DNA of 64,000 nucleotides from a virus (IMGVR_UViG_3300013121_000046); one strand, 5' to 3'; numbered from the stretch's first letter, positions 1 to 9,666 are shown. The notes: generated by a model not told the origin, from the sequence alone. Program-made: numbers and translations.

Positions 1-395
1 CACCGTCGGCTGTAGAGGAAGGGACGCTTCTCGGCCTGGGCTGCCTCGCGCTCGGCCTGGATCTCTTCGGGCGTGGCGTAGTCTCGATAGGCCTGCCCCG
101 CTTCCAGCAGCCGGGTAACCGCAGCTTGGTAGCGGTCGAGCCGTTGCGATTGAAAGTACGGGGCATAAGGTCCACCCACCTCGGGTCCCTCGTCCCAATC
201 GAGACCCAGCCAGCGAAAGCCGTGCAGGATGGGGGCCAGGGCCGCCTCGACGTTGCGCACCTGGTCGGTATCGTCGATCCGCAGCAAGAACTGCCCGCCC
301 TGACGCCGGGCATAAAGCCAGTTGAAGAGCGCGGTGCGGACCCCGCCGATGTGCAGATAACCGGTCGGGCTGGGGGCGAAACGGGTGCGAACCAC
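1..395 (-). CDS. gltX: glutamate--tRNA ligase, N-terminal part (runs off window start)
   Basis: Manual minus-strand translation from GTG at 395: [85 protein letters not shown]. Contains the class I HIGH-type motif; the HIGG/RIDDTD variants resemble Planctomycetota GluRS. AAGGA RBS upstream; GC-rich codon usage. Confidence 0.95.
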   Translation of the reverse strand, partial: MVRTRFAPSPTGYLHIGGVRTALFNWLYARRQGGQFLLRIDDTDQVRNVEAALAPILHGFRWLGLDWDEGPEVGGPYAPYFQSQRLDRYQAAVTRLLEAGQAYRDYATPEEIQAEREAAQAEKRPFLYSRR

Positions 396-407
396 AAGAA
401 TTCCTTA

Positions 408-590
408 TCATCCCTGATTTTCAGGTTTACGTTCTTTCTTCCAAACTCGAATCTTTCTCTCGTCCTTAAGTTCATAACATTCAAAATAGTTATGAACCCT
501 CCAGTGCTTTTTCCCAAGGTGATCCTGACGAATCCCACGGCTGCAATTCCGTCGCCCACAAGCACAGGCCTCACTCTCAGGAATCGGCAT
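408..590 (-). CDS. small hypothetical protein (Cys/His-rich)
   Basis: ORF tightly coupled to 593-931 and to the gltX RBS. Confidence 0.5.
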   Translation of the reverse strand: MPIPESEACACGRRNCSRGIRQDHLGKKHWRVHNYFECYELKDERKIRVWKKERKPENQG

Positions 591-592
591 AG

Positions 593-931
593 CTAATCCC
601 CTCCTAGAACCAACTGGAGCAAGACTTCATTCAGATTTTCCACCAAAACTTGATCCCGCCTAGCAAGGAACCTTATGTCCGGAAAATCGTTTCTGAAAGC
701 AAAATCCGTCAAATCCATGTAGATTAGCGAATACGTATCATCTGGGCTCAGCCGCACCTGAAAGCGATAGTGTTTCCTAGGACGATCTGGGTGGGTAAGC
801 CGAAAAGAAAGAGAGTCATCAGAAAAAACAAAATCTCGTGCCTTCAGAACTTGTAAACTCTGAAGGCACTGCTCCCAAATCGTGCGAGAGACCTGAGGGA
901 GATCATCCGGAACTCTGACGTTAGCCGCCAT
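593..931 (-). CDS. hypothetical protein
   Basis: 112-aa ORF with GGAG upstream, downstream of the promoter motif at 992. Confidence 0.7.
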   Translation of the reverse strand: MAANVRVPDDLPQVSRTIWEQCLQSLQVLKARDFVFSDDSLSFRLTHPDRPRKHYRFQVRLSPDDTYSLIYMDLTDFAFRNDFPDIRFLARRDQVLVENLNEVLLQLVLGGD

Positions 932-991
932 TTACCCTAACTCCCCAAGCCTCTTGCAGGTTATGTCATACAATCACACACGACACTATTA

Positions 992-1003
992 TATACCCAA
1001 AAA
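992..1003 (-). promoter_or_regulatory. recurrent promoter motif TTTTTGGGTATA
   Basis: One of at least 10 intergenic copies of the same motif upstream of genes or RNAs. Confidence 0.65.
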
Positions 1004-1312
1004 TATTCTAATCTGGGGAAATAAATACCAAAAAAAGCCGAATGCTACTACCCCCATAGGGGGGGCTTTAGACTCACCCAGCTAGATATTGTGCAGGAAA
1101 GAGAGTCTAGGCAAAAAAGCTGGGATGGAGTAAATTAGACGAAAAAATCATTTCAGGGTCGCCACAACTGCTTTCCATGCCAGGCCCTCCGAAGTTCCTC
1201 CTAACTCACCACTAATCTGAGTAACGGTCACACCACTTCTATAGAAAAACCCTTCCGTCGCGTGCGGCAGGGCTCGTCGGTCTCTTTATGGACTGCTGTG
1301 TCGAACGATTAT

Positions 1313-1510
1313 CTATCTGTGTTTACGACGAGGGGTGACCGAGCGGCGAACAACGGCCGGTACTCGCTGGAGTGGCTGCTTTAGGCTGTATTGCCGTGGC
1401 CGTACGCCAATATCCGCTAACGCCTCTGCATCCTCAAGTGATCGCTCGAATGCCTTACGGTCAATCAGTGGGTTGTTTTCGAGCATCTTCTGTATTGATG
1501 TGGAACTCAT
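1313..1510 (-). CDS. small hypothetical protein, paralog of 56738-56941
   Basis: ENNPLIDRKAFERSLEDAEALADIGVRPRQY matches ENNSLIDREAFERSLEAAEALAEIDIRPRQY at 56.8 kb. Confidence 0.7.
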   Translation of the reverse strand: MSSTSIQKMLENNPLIDRKAFERSLEDAEALADIGVRPRQYSLKQPLQRVPAVVRRSVTPRRKHR

Positions 1511-1719
1511 ATCTACCACCTATCCAAGGTAAAAAAAACCTGCTGAAGGTGTGTCCTAGTGTTACGCCACGACTTATCAATACGTTATCGGCCGCCAACC
1601 TTCCTGCCGGCAGCCTCGAAATCCGGCGATTCAAAATGAACCACTACTCTCTTTCCGCAATTCTCTTGTATATCTGATACTCTAATTCCCACTGTTTTTG
1701 GCTACTTCTTGTTGGATAC

Positions 1720-1926
1720 TCATAGCCTTATAGACTCCCCACTACCTCGTAAAGCCGAGTTAACTCGCGTGATAAAAATTCTATACGGAGCCCCTACATA
1801 CATACAAAGTTGCAGTCGCCAGACTCGAATGTCCAAAGCCCAATCTCGCCAAGTTAAATACACCAAATCCCTATGCAACCAAGAAGTCTTTTGCAGCTTG
1901 GGGATAAAATTAACCATGACTAACAT
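1720..1926 (-). CDS. hypothetical protein
   Basis: ORF on the coding strand following 1936-2508. Confidence 0.4.
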   Translation of the reverse strand: MLVMVNFIPKLQKTSWLHRDLVYLTWRDWALDIRVWRLQLCMYVGAPYRIFITRVNSALRGSGESIRL

Positions 1927-1935
1927 CTTATCCCT

Positions 1936-2508
1936 TTACTCTAACCCCTCGGACACCCCTAAAGACTCAGCAGGCTCTTTCTTCTTCCTCGGCCGATCAT
2001 CCCAGGTCAATAATCCTAGCGGGCCCTGCCCTTTGAGTATCTCCGTACTCTCAGCCAGAGAGGTTGACAAGAAGGTACCGGACAACTGGGGCAACTGAGG
2101 AAGTGCTTCCGAAGAGAATATCTCAAACAATTCACAAACTGGGACAAGCCGAAGATATCCTTCCTGCTTGAACACTAGGAAGTACAAAAATTTGTACTTA
2201 CCTCGCTTTGTGCGATCTCTAAAATGCTTAACTCTAACTAAATCTCCCGGAAATATAGGATACCCCTTACAATCAGTAACAAGGGGTTGTACATTATCTG
2301 ATATTTTGTACTTGTCCTCTTTGGTTAAATACTCCACCCTACCACTGAATAGTAATTCCCAGAGGGCCGGATGCACATGCCTTTTAGAAATTCTCTCAGC
2401 AGCTAATCCAGCTTCAATCTGGCGTAGGCAGACCGGCTTTTGTGCCCACCAGACTAAACGATCAACTGCCGCTACAGCTTGCCTGAAAGGGCTGATTTTG
2501 GTTGGCAT
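1936..2508 (-). CDS. hypothetical phage protein (YopX-like D-x-x-G-x-x-I-x-x-GD motif)
   Basis: DCKGYPIFPGDLVRV motif. Confidence 0.6.
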   Translation of the reverse strand: MPTKISPFRQAVAAVDRLVWWAQKPVCLRQIEAGLAAERISKRHVHPALWELLFSGRVEYLTKEDKYKISDNVQPLVTDCKGYPIFPGDLVRVKHFRDRTKRGKYKFLYFLVFKQEGYLRLVPVCELFEIFSSEALPQLPQLSGTFLSTSLAESTEILKGQGPLGLLTWDDRPRKKKEPAESLGVSEGLE

Positions 2509-2565
2509 ACACTAAAGTTTGTTGAGGGCAAAAACCCTAAAGCCCTAGGGTAATATACTCAAAAA

Positions 2566-2877
2566 CTACCCGAGTCTCCGTGCATCCTCGGGAGTTATCC
2601 CGGAATCCTTCAAAATCCTAAAAAGAGTTCCCGGGGGTATTTGCTTCCCATGCCCAGGAATGGCTACCGTACGAGACGGCACAGTCTCATTCCTCATTAC
2701 AACATGACCACCCGTCGTCCGGACTTCTTGAAAACCTACTTTCTCTAGAATTCTTTTCAATTCCCGAGGACTTAACACCGGTAGTCTACTACCAGACAGT
2801 ACATCCTCCGCCGTAATATCCTCGGAGGCCCTCAAAATCTCAGCCACTCTGTAAGCAATGATTAAGCGTCTTTGCAT
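2566..2877 (-). CDS. hicA: HicA-family toxin (mRNA interferase) with N-terminal extension
   Basis: LPVLSPRELKRILEKVGFQEVRTTGGHVVMRN...TVAIPGHGKQIPPGTLFRILKDSGI matches the HicA dsRBD-like consensus, including the catalytic His. Confidence 0.85.
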   Translation of the reverse strand: MQRRLIIAYRVAEILRASEDITAEDVLSGSRLPVLSPRELKRILEKVGFQEVRTTGGHVVMRNETVPSRTVAIPGHGKQIPPGTLFRILKDSGITPEDARRLG

Positions 2878-2931
2878 TTCAACACCCTCAAATTAACTAT
2901 ACCAATAGCGGTACTCTCTACCCTAAAATAC

Positions 2932-3537
2932 CTAGTTATCTACTTTGTACATAGCTCTCCTTAGTTCATCTGTATAAAAATCACTAATTTTTTTAGAACA
3001 AATTACCCACCCAATCTTCGTCATCACTTCTCTGCCTCGATAATTCCCGGGAGAAAGGAGTACCTCTTTTCTCTCTCCCAAGAAGCCAATAGAATCACCT
3101 GATTGCCAGTCTAAACCTTCTACCCGAATCTCTAGTACAAAATTTTCTTCCGGAGACTCTATCTTATACACCCTATTCCGAATATTTGCTACCCTAAGCC
3201 TACAGATGCCGGGACCAGATATATCAAACAAAAAATCCCCATAGAGATTCCCTATACGGGCATCGGATACCACCCATTCCTTTATATCCTGAATTCTCCA
3301 AACTCCATTAATAACCTTCCTAATATCTAGAGAAGACTCGGATTCCATATTTAATCTGAGTAATTGATTAAACATCTGCCTGGAGACTGGTATAGCATTA
3401 TTAAAATGCTCCATCTGACCCACTCTGTTTATATAACATAATCCTAAACTGGGTGATGAGAATAACTTCTCGTCACCCTCCCCCCTAAAAATAATATCAT
3501 CAGATAAGACTAGCACTAAAAATCTCCTTATGAGCAA
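2932..3537 (-). CDS. ~200-aa paralog family member (GxGxE...VS...DIxxW...GDF)
   Basis: GEGDEKL, PVS, QDIKEW, LYGDF motifs. Confidence 0.8.
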   Translation of the reverse strand: MLIRRFLVLVLSDDIIFRGEGDEKLFSSPSLGLCYINRVGQMEHFNNAIPVSRQMFNQLLRLNMESESSLDIRKVINGVWRIQDIKEWVVSDARIGNLYGDFLFDISGPGICRLRVANIRNRVYKIESPEENFVLEIRVEGLDWQSGDSIGFLGERKEVLLSPGNYRGREVMTKIGWVICSKKISDFYTDELRRAMYKVDN

Positions 3538-3555
3538 TCAGAGTACACTATGGAC

Positions 3556-4195
3556 TCACTCTCTACCCAGTTCATGGTTAATTAAAGATAGGATATTGAC
3601 TTTATCCACAATTATAGGTATCCGACGCAAGTCTGATTCCACCCTCAATCCCCTTAAAGTATTAGGAGACTGTATTATAATCGGAGCCCTATGAGTACCT
3701 CCGGACCAACCGATAACAAAACTGAAGGGGTCATCACTATAATATATTTCCGAACAAGAAACCTCAATCGCCAAAGAATCAATGATACCAGAGTCTAACA
3801 AAATAGTGACAACACGGTAATCCATACATTGCAAAGCAACATCTACTGAACCCGCACCGAGGAGCGAAAACATAAAATCACCCGAAAATTGAACCTTCTC
3901 AGCACCTAATCTATCCCTTACCACTTCCCTATTAGTAACATTCCAAGATAGAATGTTCTTCAGATAGAATGTCCTTCAGATAGAGACGCTCACTCGTGAA
4001 ACTAAAATCTCCGGGAATACTCCGCAATCTCCCCAAAAAGTCGGTTGAAACTTTTATAATATTCCCTGTAGGTATCATTCTTATATCCTGTATGGAGCCT
4101 TGCTCGTCCTGATAAACTGGCTCGCCTCGGATATTGAAGCTTATCTGCTCCTTACCTCTCCCTCGAATAACATCACCAATCTTTATGGTAATCAT
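3556..4195 (-). pseudogene. ~200-aa family member split by a 16-bp tandem duplication
   Basis: Removing one copy of the duplication at 3946-3977 restores ...LKDILSWNVTNREVVRDRLGAEKVQFSGDF, matching the neighbouring paralog. Confidence 0.85.
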
Positions 4196-4211
4196 AGTAA
4201 TACCTGTACTA

Positions 4212-4853
4212 CTAAGTGGAATCTCGATCTACTTCATACTTAAATAAGTTCAACATACTCACTTTAGGTAAAGATACCCCCATACTAACAAAATAGTTTC
4301 TAACCTCCAGCCCGTATAGATCTCTAGGGGCAGTAAGCTGTATACACATCAGATCCCTGGAATTAGAATTACCTATTGACATTTCTCTTTTAGAGGCCGC
4401 AGACCAATAAATGTATCCACAAGACACCTCTCCACTCACATAGTCGTTATTATTGGTACCAATAGAAAAAGTAGATACCGGAGCAGTGCCATAGTATCCT
4501 ACAGTAGTAAGTATCATCCCCTTAGTACCAACCACAAACGTAAAATCACCATATAAATAGTAGTTCTTACTCCCGGGAGAAGAGGTGGGGGATTGCTCTA
4601 CTCGCGTAACATTCCAAGACAAAATATCTTGAGCCAGCCACCGCTCATCTGGTCGTACATAAAAGTTAACCCCAGGAAAGTTCCTTAAATTCGACAGTAA
4701 CTTAGCAGATACTATATTAGGGGTTATAGTACTGTCCAACAATTTAATTTCTACCCCACTCTCATCATAGTATCTAATATTACCGGAATCATCCAAAATT
4801 AGTCTCTCTTTACCATGCCCTGAAACAATATCCCCGATTCTTAATTGAATCAT
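4212..4853 (-). CDS. ~200-aa paralog family member
   Basis: GHGKERL, IVS, QDILSW, LYGDF. Confidence 0.85.
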   Translation of the reverse strand: MIQLRIGDIVSGHGKERLILDDSGNIRYYDESGVEIKLLDSTITPNIVSAKLLSNLRNFPGVNFYVRPDERWLAQDILSWNVTRVEQSPTSSPGSKNYYLYGDFTFVVGTKGMILTTVGYYGTAPVSTFSIGTNNNDYVSGEVSCGYIYWSAASKREMSIGNSNSRDLMCIQLTAPRDLYGLEVRNYFVSMGVSLPKVSMLNLFKYEVDRDST

Positions 4854-4871
4854 ATAAAAATCCGCCTTTCT

Positions 4872-5489
4872 CTAAACAGAATCTGAACGTAATTCAGCAC
4901 TAATTAAATCCGCAATACCGGGATTACTCAAAGCCACACCCAGACCAGAAGTGTATGTCCGAGCCATTAACCCATGTAGCTCGCTAGGTGCTATCATTTG
5001 CATATCCGATAAAAGATCCTTACCCTCAGCATAAAGGATAACTCTGCTCAAATTTCCCTCTCGCCAATAAATGTTAGGGCATTCTATCCGTCCTACTAAG
5101 GGGTCGATAGTAAGTGTATCGCAAGTGATGAAATTTTGAAGACCGTTAATCCCACTAGATAGAACTGCCTGTATTCGCCCAGTACCACTAAGCTCAAGAA
5201 TAAAATCCCCGCACAAGACCCTATAATCACCATCTATCTGCGCCTGCTTAACCTCCCAGGACAAAATATCTGTAACAGTCAGGTCGGGGTACTGGATTTG
5301 AAAGTTAGCCCCAGGAATACGGGATAACTTTCGCATGAACTTAGTTGAGACTGTAACTTCGGCTAATCTCTGGTCTTTTACAATGAGTTTCCCGCTCTCA
5401 TCAAAGTAGCTAACACCGCCTACGTCATCAACAGACAGTAACTCCCTATCTTGACCGTACAGAGTAGAATTTACCCCTAAATGTATCAT
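4872..5489 (-). CDS. ~200-aa paralog family member
   Basis: GQDRELL, TVS, TDILSW, LCGDF. Confidence 0.85.
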   Translation of the reverse strand: MIHLGVNSTLYGQDRELLSVDDVGGVSYFDESGKLIVKDQRLAEVTVSTKFMRKLSRIPGANFQIQYPDLTVTDILSWEVKQAQIDGDYRVLCGDFILELSGTGRIQAVLSSGINGLQNFITCDTLTIDPLVGRIECPNIYWREGNLSRVILYAEGKDLLSDMQMIAPSELHGLMARTYTSGLGVALSNPGIADLISAELRSDSV

Positions 5490-5496
5490 GGCTCAA

Positions 5497-6174
5497 CTAC
5501 CCAGTATAAGTATCTATAGAGTACTGAATTAAATCCCAAACATTTTCTGATAGCTCTAACTCTAAATTTACACCGGGTATAGCAAAAAATAAATTCCTAA
5601 GCTTCTGAGGGGATTCAATTCTAGCTCGAAAGCTAACATCGTTAGCTGCATACCCAGTTAAATAAGTAGACACCCTCCCACTTGACTCATCCTTTATGTA
5701 AATTTTTAACCCGGAAACCCCTATTACCATATCCCGAACATAGGAACTAAAAACATGAAACATAAATCTAGGGGGAGAAGGTTGTGCAAAGTCTACCCCC
5801 AATACAAAAGAAGCTTCTAGTGAAAGCTCAAATTCACCTTCTAAAGTTGTCTTCAGACCGCCTTTCTCTGATTCCAAACCCAACACATGTCTAAAAGAAG
5901 GCAGAAATTCCTCTTCCCGAACACGATCTACACCCCAATATAACACATCTTTAACTTTATACCTATGATCTAAATCCTTAGAAGAGACCGAAGTTATACC
6001 GGTGTCATTAGCTAGAGCTAATTGTCCCAACAGAGTTGGGGATACCCAAAGGGATCTACCGGCCTGCCTCTCTGTAACAGTAACTCCCCTGGAGTCCGTG
6101 AATTGCCATTCGTCACCCATTACTAATCGCTCCTGCCCCTCCCCAATAAAAATCCTCTGCTTATCCCAAATCAT
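5497..6174 (-). CDS. ~200-aa paralog family member
   Basis: GEGQERL, WVSPTL, KDVLYW, LEGEF. Confidence 0.85.
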   Translation of the reverse strand: MIWDKQRIFIGEGQERLVMGDEWQFTDSRGVTVTERQAGRSLWVSPTLLGQLALANDTGITSVSSKDLDHRYKVKDVLYWGVDRVREEEFLPSFRHVLGLESEKGGLKTTLEGEFELSLEASFVLGVDFAQPSPPRFMFHVFSSYVRDMVIGVSGLKIYIKDESSGRVSTYLTGYAANDVSFRARIESPQKLRNLFFAIPGVNLELELSENVWDLIQYSIDTYTG

Positions 6175-6806
6175 GGTCGGGCTCCTTGAAGGAACTCACG
6201 GATAAAAAAATCCCCCACCTCTGGCCTGCACAATACGTACTGGGGATGGACGTAGTATGGAACAGATACTCGGAGCCCCTTAAGCTCCGAGGGGGACACA
6301 AACATAGATATCCTATTATCCATTAACGGTAATCCAGAGACATTGCTACTACCACCTATCTGCCAATCTACTCTATTATTTGAATATTGTCTAAGATTAA
6401 GATACGTACAAAATAGAGTGAAGCTTGTTTCCGGTAGATATACAAGTAGGGGTTCTTTCTGGGTACTCCAAGTTGAGGGATACACAGACAGTTGACTAAA
6501 ACAAGTTAAAAGCAGTTGAATATCCCCGACAATTTTTCCGTTTAATCTGCCCCCTGAAATACTCTCTACTCCCCAACTCAAAACATCAGTAACAGTTGCC
6601 ATAGTTGTTGGCGTCAAAACTATTTCTGCCCCCGGCAACTTGCATAACCTATACTTCAATGTCAGCGATAGCTTTGTAGGGAGTTTACTAATAACTGAGG
6701 TTTTCCCTAATTCATCTGTGAATTGAAGACGACCACCATCCCAGGACAACTCTTCCAAACCCTCTCCCCTAACACTAAATGAATCCAAGGTATTAGGCAT
6801 TTTCAC
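6171..6806 (-). CDS. ~200-aa paralog family member
   Basis: GEGLEEL, TDVLSW, IVGDI. Confidence 0.85.
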   Translation of the reverse strand: MKMPNTLDSFSVRGEGLEELSWDGGRLQFTDELGKTSVISKLPTKLSLTLKYRLCKLPGAEIVLTPTTMATVTDVLSWGVESISGGRLNGKIVGDIQLLLTCFSQLSVYPSTWSTQKEPLLVYLPETSFTLFCTYLNLRQYSNNRVDWQIGGSSNVSGLPLMDNRISMFVSPSELKGLRVSVPYYVHPQYVLCRPEVGDFFIREFLQGARP

Positions 6807-7428
6807 ACCCCCTGCGACCCCTCAGAATTTCGGATTTATCATGCCCTATAAGAGCTTTCAAACCTTCCGATAGTGGCAGAAACCTTCTAGATTCTGGGAC
6901 ATCCCAAAGTATATTCCCACCTAATTCAAAAGGTTTTATCAATGTTGGCCCAGAGCGAACCTTCGGATCAAAATACACCTTCTTATCTAAAACCTCCAAA
7001 CGTTCAACCTTAACTGATACCGATAGGGGTATTGGCGAGGTACTCAAATCCCAACTCATGAAGGGTATAAGATTATCCGGTGCTAAAACTATTTCACCAT
7101 AGTGACTAACTATGAATTCATAGTCCCCAATTAAAACATAATCATGTCTAATCACATCCGTATGCCAAATCAAAATATCCTCTATCTGAATGGGCCCATA
7201 CTCTGGAGAAATACGAACAAGAATATCCCTACTATCAATCAATCTCCGAAACTTATTCAATAGAGTTACTGATACCCCCCCAACACTTGCGTGGGTACCA
7301 ATATCACTGCGATACGACCGCATTTCCCCATCTGTAGAAGTATAATCAAATCTCAAATCATCAGAAGCTATCACCAACTTCTCAGGTCCTTCTCCCGTTA
7401 TAGTTACTCCATCCCAGTTAAAGGCCAT
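6793..7428 (-). CDS. ~200-aa paralog family member
   Basis: GEGPEKL, GVSVTL, EDILIW, LIGDY. Confidence 0.85.
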   Translation of the reverse strand: MAFNWDGVTITGEGPEKLVIASDDLRFDYTSTDGEMRSYRSDIGTHASVGGVSVTLLNKFRRLIDSRDILVRISPEYGPIQIEDILIWHTDVIRHDYVLIGDYEFIVSHYGEIVLAPDNLIPFMSWDLSTSPIPLSVSVKVERLEVLDKKVYFDPKVRSGPTLIKPFELGGNILWDVPESRRFLPLSEGLKALIGHDKSEILRGRRGCENA

Positions 7429-7461
7429 TATATGACTCCAATACTAGTGGATTAGTAGACT

Positions 7462-8079
7462 TTAATTTGGTTCTTTTGAAACCCATTCCCTAGTAGTCTC
7501 AGCTAATAAATCAAGAAGAAAATTGTCTGGGTATATACCGATAGAATTCGGCCTCAAAAATGAGTAGTTCAGACCTGAATCCGGAGATAGCCACCCGATC
7601 TTCCCACCCGTAAAACCCGCCACAAAACCCCTAAGGGGAGCATAGGATAAACCCTCTAAGGAAATCAACAACGGAATATTCTCCCAAAAGGTGCTAAGGG
7701 TAAAAGGTAAAACAGATATCTCCCCTTTTAATGCACTGGTTAAGGTGCCCTGAAAAGAGAAACTCCCAAACAAATGAAATAGAAGATTACTGTTGAAAGA
7801 CTCGATTGTACTCACATCCCATAAATCTATACCGGTAATATGCAGATCAGAACCAGTTGTTTGGGGTATAAGTAAAACACTTTTAGGGACCTTAGGATAG
7901 TCTTTAAGCAACTGAACAAAGAAATCCTTTGATACTACAATGTCTTCCCTTTCAAATACAGAATACGTTCTAGGTTTTTCCCCAGGCTGTGTGTACCAAA
8001 CCCGATTACCCGAATGAAGTATCTCCATACTTTCTCCGGTAGCCTCGCAATGAATCAGTATTTTATTACTCTTCGCCAT
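7462..8079 (-). CDS. ~200-aa paralog family member (divergent)
   Basis: ATGESME, VVS, GIDLW, LFGSF. Confidence 0.7.
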   Translation of the reverse strand: MAKSNKILIHCEATGESMEILHSGNRVWYTQPGEKPRTYSVFEREDIVVSKDFFVQLLKDYPKVPKSVLLIPQTTGSDLHITGIDLWDVSTIESFNSNLLFHLFGSFSFQGTLTSALKGEISVLPFTLSTFWENIPLLISLEGLSYAPLRGFVAGFTGGKIGWLSPDSGLNYSFLRPNSIGIYPDNFLLDLLAETTREWVSKEPN

Positions 8080-8152
8080 CAGTTTACCTCTCTAAACTTC
8101 CTCAAGTCAGACTCTATAAGAGCCTCCAACCCAACTGATCGGGGAAGACTTC

Positions 8153-8240
8153 TCAAACCACAAATTGATACCCTTCCGGATACCAAATAAACTTCTCCTG
8201 ACCGCTACCAGGGATATTTACGTTATAGGTATTGTTAGCC
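8153..8240 (-). pseudogene. remnant N-terminus of the ~200-aa family
   Basis: Frame reads ...VNIPGSGQEKFIWYPEGYQFVV* (family GxGxE motif), then stops. Confidence 0.45.
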
Positions 8241-8308
8241 CTGCCAACTCCTTGAGTCAGAGTATCTTTCTAAATAGCCCGTACTCTTTGCCTATCAAAT
8301 AATGAACT

Positions 8309-9019
8309 TTAGTCGGATTCTTCAAGGCCCCAATCCCTAGCATACTCTACAACTAGAGCGACAAAATTTTCAGAGTTAATAAGCTCATACTCTTGATCCC
8401 CGATTACATCCATCAATACCCTACCTACCCTCGGATATAAAGTACGGATACTATCAATGCCAGAAAATAAGCACTTATAACCTGCTGGGTGCTCAAGAGC
8501 GGGTAGCAATCTGATCGTTTTACCGAGTACAATAACAGATGCGGGTACGACCTGAGATTCCAAGGAAATCCAAGCCATCTCAGCTATTCCAGGAGTTGGC
8601 TCCATAATCGCCACAGCCTCCAATGAGGCTAAGACAGATAGCTCTAATTGAAAGTCTCCGAATAAATCTATGCCGTACCGTGTATCAAATTCCTGCGGAC
8701 TCTGTACCATCTTACTGGAGCGATTCACAGCCCAACTCAGAATATCCTTTACCTCGCCCTTAAGTTCTTTCGGAGACAAGGTTATGGGAACGCCCCCCGC
8801 CAATCTCCGAACATTATTAATAAGGGCGACAGATACATTAGGGATATGCACCCCATCCCCATAGTAAAAAAATTGTTCAGTCCCATTTCCCTGAGAATCT
8901 ATATACGTAAGGTGATACACCAATTTACCATAGCCAAAATAAGGGTGGTCCTCAGGCTGAATGCTCAGCCTCTCTGGTCCCTCACCCAAAATCACCACAT
9001 CTGGACTAATGTATCCCAT
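8309..9019 (-). CDS. ~200-aa paralog family member
   Basis: GEGPERL, NVSVAL, KDILSW, LFGDF. Confidence 0.85.
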   Translation of the reverse strand: MGYISPDVVILGEGPERLSIQPEDHPYFGYGKLVYHLTYIDSQGNGTEQFFYYGDGVHIPNVSVALINNVRRLAGGVPITLSPKELKGEVKDILSWAVNRSSKMVQSPQEFDTRYGIDLFGDFQLELSVLASLEAVAIMEPTPGIAEMAWISLESQVVPASVIVLGKTIRLLPALEHPAGYKCLFSGIDSIRTLYPRVGRVLMDVIGDQEYELINSENFVALVVEYARDWGLEESD

Positions 9020-9063
9020 GCCTAATCCTCAGAATATATGCCCGACATACCTCTTAGAAGCTA

Positions 9064-9666
9064 TCACTTACTCGGTAAGTCCTTAAGACTTTCCCAATAT
9101 TCTTTTAGTGTGGAATTCACCCCAAGGTTGTTAACATCGGTCCAGTCTACTGCATCAGATTCAAAACCCCTAAAAATATGAGGAAACTCAACTACCGCCT
9201 TCTCTATGTTGAAAAATTGAAAATAATGGTTTTCTGACTCCCTATCAGCTAACGTTATTCTCTGAACCTTAACCGATAGTATGAATTCCCTAGGTTCCGT
9301 CCATAAGGAATAGGAGTGCAGTCTCTCAGACCAAAACCGTACATTCATAAAAGCTGGGGTTTCAACCAGGAATGTAAAATCACCTACTAAAGTATCGGGA
9401 ATACTTCTATCCCAATACTCAGGAGAGAACTCTCTGATATCTTTTATTCTAGCCTGTCTATGGAGGAATAATCGAGTATCCCCCTTAATATTAGACGAAA
9501 AATTTACAAGTAGCCTCTTAATCAATAGAGGAGAAACTCCAAATACCTCTCTAGTAAGTATCTGCTTCCCGCTAGTGTTAATATAAGTTACATCACCCGA
9601 ATCATCACAACCAAATTCTTCTAGACCCTCTCCACTAACTCCTTGACCTGGCTTGAGAGTTATCAT
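9064..9666 (-). CDS. ~200-aa family, recent tandem copy 1
   Basis: MITLKPGQGVSGEGLEE...VSPLLIKRLLVNFSS...IKDIREF...LVGDF. Confidence 0.9.
   Translation of the reverse strand: MITLKPGQGVSGEGLEEFGCDDSGDVTYINTSGKQILTREVFGVSPLLIKRLLVNFSSNIKGDTRLFLHRQARIKDIREFSPEYWDRSIPDTLVGDFTFLVETPAFMNVRFWSERLHSYSLWTEPREFILSVKVQRITLADRESENHYFQFFNIEKAVVEFPHIFRGFESDAVDWTDVNNLGVNSTLKEYWESLKDLPSK

Noticed and set aside
126-596. Plus-strand 156-aa ORF
   Set aside because: It is an antisense shadow of gltX and ORF 408-590.
2800-2877. Shared 'R(V/I)A..(L/M)R.A' leader in HicA and 62347-63210 as a capsid-packaging signal
   Set aside because: There are only two loose instances, which is too weak to support.
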